Origin: an uncultured Gammaproteobacteria bacterium
GTDB taxonomy: Bacteria > Pseudomonadota > Gammaproteobacteria > UBA9214
Reading direction: 5' to 3'
NCBI GenBank assembly: GCA_963748215.1
Contig: CAVVHS010000008.1
Location: 256,001-320,000 of the forward strand
DNA: 64,000 nucleotides
The notes beneath the pieces were generated by a model. It did not search any database. It was not told where the DNA came from and saw nothing but the letters and a program-made list of their open reading frames with translations. Numbering within the stretch: the stretch's first letter is position 1; each line of letters begins with the position of its first letter. The translations under genes and the position numbers were made by a program. Shown here piece by piece: positions 56,976 through 64,000 of this stretch.

Positions 56976-59042
56976 GTGTTAACAAAAGTCTTTCCTTTCC
57001 TCAGATGGTTCCCACCCAGCGCTGAAAACCTGCGCGCGGACCTCATCGCCGGCATCACGATTGCGATGATCCTCGTTCCGCAGAGTATGGCCTATGCATC
57101 GCTGGCGGGCCTGCCCGTGGTGTACGGTCTGTACGCCTCGTTTCTGCCGGTGATCGTGGCCTCCCTGTGGGGCGCCTCGCGCTTCCTGCACACAGGTCCG
57201 GTGGCGATGCTGTCGCTGATGTCTGCGGCGGCAATCGAGCCGCTGGCCAGCCGCGGCAGCGATGAGTTTATCCAGTTATCCCTGCTATTGGCGCTGCTGG
57301 TCGGTGTACTGCGCCTGGCTTTGGGCCTGTTCCGAATGGGCGTACTGATCAACCTGGCCTCGCACCCTGTCATTCTGGGTTTTACCAACGCCGCGGCGCT
57401 GATTATCGGCCTGTCGCTGCTGAACAGTTTCCTGGGTGTGCCGATGCCGCGTTCGGATATTTTTCTCGCTGACCTGTGGCAGGTGGTAGCTCAGTTCCCG
57501 CTGCTGCACGCCCCGACGCTGCTGTTCGGCCTGGGCACGTTGGCGGTATTGCATATGTTGCGGGCGCGCTTCCCCAAGCTGCCCGGGGTGTTGATCGTGG
57601 TGGTCGCCGCCACCCTGATCAGCTCTGCCCTGGACTTCGAGAAAGTCGTGACCATTGCACCGCAGCAGGTCACCGACGCATCGGTACGCGCCAAGTTTGA
57701 AAAACTGATGGGCGAGGAGGCGCGGCTGAAGGCGGTCAAAACCGAACAGAAAGCCATCAACGACCAGCTCGCACAGCTCGGCGCCACTGACCGCAAGGCC
57801 TACACCCTGCAGGCGAATATACTGCGCCTCAAGGGTGAGGAAAGCAGTCTCAAGCACAGCCTCTATCGTGAGCGGGTCGAGACCTTCAGCATCGCGCTGG
57901 TGCCGAAGTTACTGGGTAACGGACAGGCAAGTTATGTGGTGGCTGAAGACATCAGCCCCTTCACCACCGTGTGGCGCTGGTCTGGTTACACCGGCGACCA
58001 GTTTAAACTGTCAGGCGGCGGCGCCGTGGTCGGCACCATCCCCAGTGGTCTGCCCGGTTTCAGTGTGCCAATCCTGGATCTTGGTATCATCACCACCCTG
58101 TTACCGGTGGCGTTCATCATGGCCATGATCGGCTTCATGGAGGCGACGTCGATCTCCCGTGCGCTGGCGGCGAAGACCCGCGAAAAACTCGACCCCAATC
58201 AGGAACTGATCGGACAGGGTCTGGCCAATATCGTGGGCAGTTTCTTCCAGTCGTATGTCGTGAGCGGCTCCTTCTCGCGTTCGGCGGTAGCCGCGCGGGT
58301 CGGTGCGAGGACAGGTTTCTACGCGGTCGTGAGCGCTCTTGGCGTCCTGCTGGTGATATTGTTCTTCACAGATTACCTGTACCACCTGCCCAAGGCCGTG
58401 CTCGCTGCCATCGTCATGAGCGCGGTGTTCGGGCTGATCGATTTCAAGTCGATGGTACACGCCTGGAAAGTGCGCCGCGTGGACGGCATTGTTGGCGTAA
58501 CCACCTTTATCACAACCCTTATTCTGGCGCCCAAGCTGGCAGACGGGGTTTTGGTCGGCGTAGCGTTCACCATCCTGCTCTTCCTCGCCGGCACCATGAA
58601 GCCGCGCAGCGAGGTACTCGGACGCCGCGCCGACGGCTCGTTGGCCGGCGCGGCCACGCACGACCTGGCACCGATCAGCGAAAACTACGTGGTAATGCGC
58701 TTCGACGCCTCGCTGGTCTTCATCAATGCTGCGCATTTCGAGCAAGCGGTGCTGAAGTCGCTGAGCGAGTTCCCGCGCGCCCGCGCCATCCTGATCATCG
58801 GCCAGGGCATCAACCGGATCGATGCCACCGGCGAGGAGAAACTCCGTGCGCTCACGCGCGACCTGCAGGCTGCGGGTGTCACGCTCTTACTTTCAGGGCT
58901 GAAGAAGCCGGTCATCGAGGCGCTGGAGCGCGCCAATCTCGAAGCGGTGATAGGCAAGGAGAACATCATCAGCAACAAGGAGGCCGCACTGCGTGTGCTT
59001 GCGCAGCGCTACCCGGAAGACGAGGTCAAGCAGGTAGCCTGA
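56976..59042 (+). CDS. SulP/SLC26 transporter with STAS domain and a large coiled-coil insertion
   Basis: DLIAGIT..LVPQSMAYA, NQELIGQGLAN, GSFSRSA, FINA, RIDATG. Confidence 0.92.
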   Translation: MLTKVFPFLRWFPPSAENLRADLIAGITIAMILVPQSMAYASLAGLPVVYGLYASFLPVIVASLWGASRFLHTGPVAMLSLMSAAAIEPLASRGSDEFIQLSLLLALLVGVLRLALGLFRMGVLINLASHPVILGFTNAAALIIGLSLLNSFLGVPMPRSDIFLADLWQVVAQFPLLHAPTLLFGLGTLAVLHMLRARFPKLPGVLIVVVAATLISSALDFEKVVTIAPQQVTDASVRAKFEKLMGEEARLKAVKTEQKAINDQLAQLGATDRKAYTLQANILRLKGEESSLKHSLYRERVETFSIALVPKLLGNGQASYVVAEDISPFTTVWRWSGYTGDQFKLSGGGAVVGTIPSGLPGFSVPILDLGIITTLLPVAFIMAMIGFMEATSISRALAAKTREKLDPNQELIGQGLANIVGSFFQSYVVSGSFSRSAVAARVGARTGFYAVVSALGVLLVILFFTDYLYHLPKAVLAAIVMSAVFGLIDFKSMVHAWKVRRVDGIVGVTTFITTLILAPKLADGVLVGVAFTILLFLAGTMKPRSEVLGRRADGSLAGAATHDLAPISENYVVMRFDASLVFINAAHFEQAVLKSLSEFPRARAILIIGQGINRIDATGEEKLRALTRDLQAAGVTLLLSGLKKPVIEALERANLEAVIGKENIISNKEAALRVLAQRYPEDEVKQVA

Positions 59043-59448
59043 GGTAAGGGGCGGCACCCGCGTTCAGAAAACAGGCAAGACGATTGCTTCTTCATCATCC
59101 CGTGTCGTGGATGCCCGTTTCTGCTGTACCTCATGGTTTCCGGGAACGTCCGGAGCCGGCCGCCGGTTCAGGTGATCGACGCAATACAGGCGTGAAACAT
59201 TCCACCGGTATTTGTAGCCCCGTCAGCTGCGGGGCAACCGCGTCTTGCTCAGCCCCGAGGTGGTACCGACGTATCCTAGCGGTCGTGAAGGGACTGCCGT
59301 GTCAATCCAATCCCGTCCTGCGAACGTGAGTGTCAGGCAGAGGATCGGCGCCGGGAAGCGCAAAAGAGAGACGACCACCTGGCCAGTGCTACAGACCCAG
59401 CACGGGGGATGCCAACTTCGAGCGAAAATTATGTCTTATTGATTAACA

Positions 59449-59509
59449 TGGAGCCGGGGAGAGAAATCGAATATCCGACATCCCTTACGAGTGAAGCGCT
59501 CTGGCCCGC
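59449..59509 (-). pseudogene. Decayed tRNA-Thr copy
   Basis: TGGAGCCGG...TCGAA...CGACATC..TTAC.AGTGAAGCGCTCT, D-arm region deleted; same position next to the SPOR gene as the intact tRNA. Confidence 0.75.
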
Positions 59510-59576
59510 ATCCTGGCCAGTGGCCAAGGGTTGGTTTTCCATTGAAAGGCCGTGGAATCTGCAATTCGGGCGCCGG

Positions 59577-60242
59577 TCACAGGCAGGCGAGCGTAAGCAG
59601 CTGCTGGTCCGGGTTCGCGCCCAGCACGTCTTCCAGTACCGGTGTTGCCGTACCCCGATCCTGGAACTCCAGCCAGTAGGCATATTGCGTAACGTAACGC
59701 GGCTCGAGGATCGCATCAAGACCCAGCTCGCGCACCTGTCGCAACCGGATTTCGGCGCGCGATATTTCCTTGAATGTACCGAGCGAGATGAAATTGTCCC
59801 TGCCTATGTAGTACTCGCGATCCTTGCGCGCCTCCAGTTGCTGTGCGATCTCCAGGACCCTGGCACGCTCCATCGCCGGGAGATACACCCAGTAGCTGTT
59901 CATCTTCCGGTCCTCGGCGATAAGTTGTCGAGGTTCCAGCCCGAGTTCGTCCAGCCTGGTCGCAACCTTATGCAGTTGCTCCTCGAGGTAGAAAGGCCCC
60001 AGTGTCTGGCATGCCGGTATGCCGGCGCCCGGCGGCTGTGTCATGGTCAGCGCATCCAGGGCCCTGCCCGCCTCCCCTTCCGGCACCGTCGCAGATTGCT
60101 GCTGCATTTCCTGCAGCGTGACGAGGCGACTGGCGGATGGCGGCAATTCGCGTTGCGTCTCGATGGCCCGCCCGTCGCAGTAGAGGTTCCAGCCGAAATA
60201 GACCAGGTTGGCGATGAGCAGCAGGTAAACGAGGTGGCGCAT
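59577..60242 (-). CDS. SPOR-domain protein, copy B
   Basis: Paralog of 46390-47061; follows coaX. Confidence 0.8.
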   Translation of the reverse strand: MRHLVYLLLIANLVYFGWNLYCDGRAIETQRELPPSASRLVTLQEMQQQSATVPEGEAGRALDALTMTQPPGAGIPACQTLGPFYLEEQLHKVATRLDELGLEPRQLIAEDRKMNSYWVYLPAMERARVLEIAQQLEARKDREYYIGRDNFISLGTFKEISRAEIRLRQVRELGLDAILEPRYVTQYAYWLEFQDRGTATPVLEDVLGANPDQQLLTLACL

Positions 60243-60985
60243 CAGGCTTCTCCGGCGAGTATGGCGATCCCCTTGAGAACCAAGTCTGCATCATGCCTGA
60301 TATCAAGGCCAAGCAGTGGCAACAGCACCGGCGCATCACCGCCGGTGAGCACGACAACGGGCCGCAGCCCCGTATCCGCCGCCATGTCGGCCACGAGACG
60401 CTCGATGGCCGCAGCCGCAGCGAACAGGCTGCCGCTGTTGATGGCATCGGCCGTGGTGGTCGCCAGCAGCACGGGGGGCGAGGCCTCGCGCTGCAGCGGC
60501 AGGTCGGCGGTCTGTGCCGCCAGTGCCTGGCGCATCATAGCTACGCCGGCCAGGATCTGGCCACCGCGATGCCGGCCGTTCGCGTCGACCAGGTCCAGGG
60601 TGATCGCGGTGCCGCAATCGACCACGCAGACGGCGTCGGCAACGGAATGCCAGGCCGCAATCATCGCCGCCCAGCGGTCAGCGCCGAGCTGTACGGGACG
60701 TTCGTAGGCACAGGTCAAGCCGGCCGCCTGCCGGCTGGCACGGATGAACTGCGGACGTAGCCGCCAGGTTCGCACGGTCCAGTCGGCCAGGCGTTCCGCC
60801 TGCACGGTGCCGGCGACACTCGACACGAGGATGCGTTCCGGTGCGGCCATGTCGCCCCAGGCCTGCTCCAGCAACGGCACCAGATCATGACCACGATGCA
60901 CGAACCGGCCCGGCGATCCGGTTTCATGTCCACCGGCCAGTGCCCACTTGAGTGATGTGTTGCCGATATCCACCAGCAGGTTCAT
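60242..60985 (-). CDS. coaX: Type III pantothenate kinase
   Basis: LLVDIGNTSLKW, LGADRW, VVDCGTAIT, TGGDA. Confidence 0.93.
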   Translation of the reverse strand: MNLLVDIGNTSLKWALAGGHETGSPGRFVHRGHDLVPLLEQAWGDMAAPERILVSSVAGTVQAERLADWTVRTWRLRPQFIRASRQAAGLTCAYERPVQLGADRWAAMIAAWHSVADAVCVVDCGTAITLDLVDANGRHRGGQILAGVAMMRQALAAQTADLPLQREASPPVLLATTTADAINSGSLFAAAAAIERLVADMAADTGLRPVVVLTGGDAPVLLPLLGLDIRHDADLVLKGIAILAGEA

Positions 60986-61962
60986 GGTGTCATCCGCACG
61001 CTGACCTCGCCGGATGTGAATCGTCTGCAACCGGTATCCGTATCGACCAGCAGGGCACCCCCCGCATCGATTCCGCGGGCCGTTCCGCGCACGGTCGAAT
61101 CATGCAGGCGCAGGTCGACCTGGCGCCCGCTGACGAGGTCGTGCCGCTGCCAGTCCGTCATGAAAGGCTGCAGGCCGCCCGTCTCGAACGTCTGCAGCGC
61201 GGGCAGCAGGGTGTCGAGCAGGCCGGCGGCCAGCAGGTTGCGCGAGATGTCCAGCCGGCCCGTCAGGCTGTACAGGTCGGTCCAGGCCTGGTCGATCGTC
61301 TGCGCCGTGGCCTGGCGCATCGCGACATTGATACCGACCCCGATGACCACGGCACAGGGGCCCGCCGACTCGCCCACCACGTCGATGAGGATGCCGGCCA
61401 GCTTGGCGTCCCCGGCCAGTATGTCGTTGGGCCATTTCAGCCCGGCGTCGCTCACGCCAAACGCCTGCAGGCAGCGCAGTACGGCGATACCGGCCACCAG
61501 GCTCAGGCCGCCGAGTGCCGCGGCACCCTGCGGTGAACGCCACAGCAGCGACAGATAAAGATTGGCGGCGAACGGTGACACCCAGCGTTTCCCGCGGCGG
61601 CCGCGGCCGCGGTGCTGCAGCTCGGCGAGGCATACCGACCCCGAACGGGCACCGTCCAGGGCCTGCCCGCGCAGGCGCGTGTTGGTCGAATCGGTTTCCA
61701 GCAACACCTCGACGGGCCCGAGCAGGGCCCGCGACGCCGCGCTCGCATATGACAGAATCCTGTCACGGTCCAGCAGTTCACAGGACACTGGCAGGCGGTA
61801 ACCCCTGCCGCGCACGGCTTCGATTTCGATACCCGCGTCGCGCAGGGCCTTGAGATGTTTCCATACCGCCATGCGGCTGATACCGAGCGCAGTGCCCAGG
61901 GCTTCTCCCGAATGAGCCCGACCGTCCGCGAGACGGGCCAGTAACTTGCCGCGCAACTGCAT
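60982..61962 (-). CDS. birA: Bifunctional biotin ligase/repressor
   Basis: N-terminal HTH (SGEALG..ISRMAVWK), DSTN, GRGRRG, KWPND, KLAGIL. Confidence 0.96.
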   Translation of the reverse strand: MQLRGKLLARLADGRAHSGEALGTALGISRMAVWKHLKALRDAGIEIEAVRGRGYRLPVSCELLDRDRILSYASAASRALLGPVEVLLETDSTNTRLRGQALDGARSGSVCLAELQHRGRGRRGKRWVSPFAANLYLSLLWRSPQGAAALGGLSLVAGIAVLRCLQAFGVSDAGLKWPNDILAGDAKLAGILIDVVGESAGPCAVVIGVGINVAMRQATAQTIDQAWTDLYSLTGRLDISRNLLAAGLLDTLLPALQTFETGGLQPFMTDWQRHDLVSGRQVDLRLHDSTVRGTARGIDAGGALLVDTDTGCRRFTSGEVSVRMTP

Positions 61963-62440
61963 GGCGGAAGATTAGCATATTCATTGTACGCGGAATATTC
62001 GCCGCACCCTGCCCGCGAGGACACACCGGAGCGGGACGATCCGCGCATGCCGTCACGGCACCGGATGACGGCCCGACGCCGCACTGCCGGGCCGCGAATC
62101 CGGAGCGGCATGCTCGCAGCCGGCCGGCGTTGCATCCGGATCGGAATCCGTGCAGCCGTACTGATAACGGCTGGCGCCGACAGTGCTGCCGTCAGCCGAA
62201 ACCCCTTCCGTGTCGGCGGCCTAGGGAGACGCTCCCGGCGCCGACCCGGACATCGCGCAGCCGCACGCTGGTACGGGTACTAGGAAGAAAGTACTAATGA
62301 CATCGCCAACGGGAGCATTTATCTTGATATCTGCTGCGTTCGAGCCGGACAGTTCTTTTCAAAACTCCTGTCTACAACTCTCGGTGGCCTGCCTCGGCCA
62401 CCTTTTTTGCCCGCATCCGGGCCAGTGCGTATCCGGCCGT

Positions 62441-63064
62441 TCAGGCGCAGTTCACCCCCGTGCCCCCAAGGCCGCAATAACCGCGCGGATTTTTCGCCAG
62501 GTATTGCTGGTGATAATCCTCCGCGTAGTAGAACTCGGGAGCCTCGAGGATCTCGGTGGTGATCTGCCCGAAGCCACCGTCCGTCAGCCGCGCCTGATAG
62601 GATTCGCGTGACGCCAGCGCGGCGGTCGTCTGGTCGCCATCGTACACGTAGATGGCGGAACGGTACTGCGTGCCGATATCGTTGCCCTGGCGCATGCCCG
62701 TGGTGGGGTCGTGCGCTTCCCAGAAGACCTTGAGCAGGGCGTCGTACGTCACCTGCGTCGGGTCGAAGGCGACCAGCACCACCTCGGCGTGCCCTGTGAG
62801 GCCGGAACAGACCTCCTCGTAGGTGGGATTCACGGTATAGCCGCCGGCATAACCCACGGCCGTGCTGTATACGCCCGGAACCTGCCAGAATCCGCGCTCC
62901 GCGCCCCAGAAGCAGCCCAGACCGAACAGCGCCGTCTGCATGCCCTCCGGAAACGGAGGCTTGAGCGGGTGCCCGTTCACGGCGTGCCGTTCCGGCACCG
63001 TGATGGCGGATTCGCGCCCGGGCAGGGCCTCGTCGGGTGTCGGCATCCTCGTCATGCCTGCCAT
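62441..63064 (-). CDS. msrA: Peptide methionine sulfoxide reductase A
   Basis: [30 protein letters not shown]. Confidence 0.96.
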   Translation of the reverse strand: MAGMTRMPTPDEALPGRESAITVPERHAVNGHPLKPPFPEGMQTALFGLGCFWGAERGFWQVPGVYSTAVGYAGGYTVNPTYEEVCSGLTGHAEVVLVAFDPTQVTYDALLKVFWEAHDPTTGMRQGNDIGTQYRSAIYVYDGDQTTAALASRESYQARLTDGGFGQITTEILEAPEFYYAEDYHQQYLAKNPRGYCGLGGTGVNCA

Positions 63065-63201
63065 GTCTGCCCCCTTTCGATCGTGTCGTGGAAATGTCCT
63101 GATAATAGCATCGTCCCGGTACGGCGGAAGCCACCTGCAACCCGGGGTAATACCGCCTGCGGTGTATTCCCGTCCCGGTCCCGTCCCGATATACTGCAGT
63201 C

Positions 63202-63513
63202 ATGCGCCAGAACAAACTCATCCGCTACGGCGGTATCGACCAGGACAACAACGGTGGCATGACCGCGGCCGGCCGCATCATCCGCGATGCCTGGGCGTTC
63301 GGTATCATCCCCGAAACCGAGACCTGCGCCGGCTGGAACAAGCAGGCACTCGAGGATCTGTGGAACAGGACCCACGCGGAGTGGGAAAAATACGGCCACC
63401 AGGTAAACCAGCTGCCCGAGGAAATCCGCGAACGCTATTTGCGCATTCAGCGGTTGGCGTTCGAGCGGGCGCGCGCTGCCGGATGGGATGCCAGTCTGAA
63501 CGATAACGACTGA
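63202..63513 (+). CDS. Conserved hypothetical protein
   Basis: 103 aa, host-like codon usage, GGMT..GRIIRDAW.FG...GW pattern. Confidence 0.65.
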   Translation: MRQNKLIRYGGIDQDNNGGMTAAGRIIRDAWAFGIIPETETCAGWNKQALEDLWNRTHAEWEKYGHQVNQLPEEIRERYLRIQRLAFERARAAGWDASLNDND

Positions 63514-64000
63514 CCGGCAGCCGCCGCGACCGCGCACCATCGCAGCCCCCGTGTCCACACTGCAAACATGACCATACGCCCGGGACCCGGGCTGCCGCCG
63601 GCTTCATCAGGCGCATGACGGCCGGGTGCCGCTCGTAACAGGGCCGGCCAGAAAGGCCGTGACTGGCTAGCGGGTGTTTTGGATCGGCAGGATCGAGCCC
63701 GGCGAGGCGCCGCCCGATGCGCTCCACGAGACACTCGCCATCGACACCGGTACTGCGCAAATGTGGCTCATGCGTACCTGTCGATACCCGCACGCCGTGG
63801 CCCGCCTGCAGCTGCTCGCATCTGCGGTTAGAAGGACGAACCGCACAGGTGCTAACAGCAGCAGCCGTGCTGGCAGACCACCGGGTGGATCGATCTCGCA
63901 CCGCTGCTGCCGGCAAATCACGCCATCATGGATGCCCTGCGCCTGCCGCCGGGGTATACGAACACGCAGGCAGGCTCGGAGTAGATGTGGACACGGAACG

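Noticed and set aside
63514-64000. ORFs at the right edge
   Set aside because: No convincing coding signal or motif

Overview
High-GC gammaproteobacterial chromosome segment, probably from a sulfur oxidiser (fccAB present). 1-16.7 kb is housekeeping: moeB end, pdxB, purU, gatCAB and the mreBCD-mrdA-rodA-mltB-rlpA-dacA-dat cell-wall cluster. 16.7-37.5 kb is mixed: an orphan integron-type cassette with attC, a sigma-54-driven heme/poly-Pro/metal-motif secreted protein, a K-channel-like protein with an odd filter, a stand-alone EF-G, a ~550 nt structured ncRNA candidate, fccAB, lexA-imuA with SOS boxes, ispG, DUF748, cspA and a GAF-GGDEF-EAL gene. 37.65-46.3 kb is an integrase-less island in tRNA-Thr(TGT) with a 46-bp att duplication. 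It has long sub-terminal inverted repeats hit at the same base by an IS1182 and by an IS1182-type MITE, about a dozen degenerate 30-bp sites between cargo genes, attC-type cassette boundaries, and VPLPA/PEP-CTERM surface proteins, one of them an Hcp fold with a signal peptide. The cspA...tRNA-Thr-SPOR-coaX-birA locus is present twice as diverged tandem copies joined at ~49107; the second copy carries two SulP transporters and a sigma-54 two-component system. Single-base frameshifts in essential genes (gatA, gatB, ispG, also mltB and fusA) are most likely long-read errors. All family calls are by eye from motifs; no searches were run.
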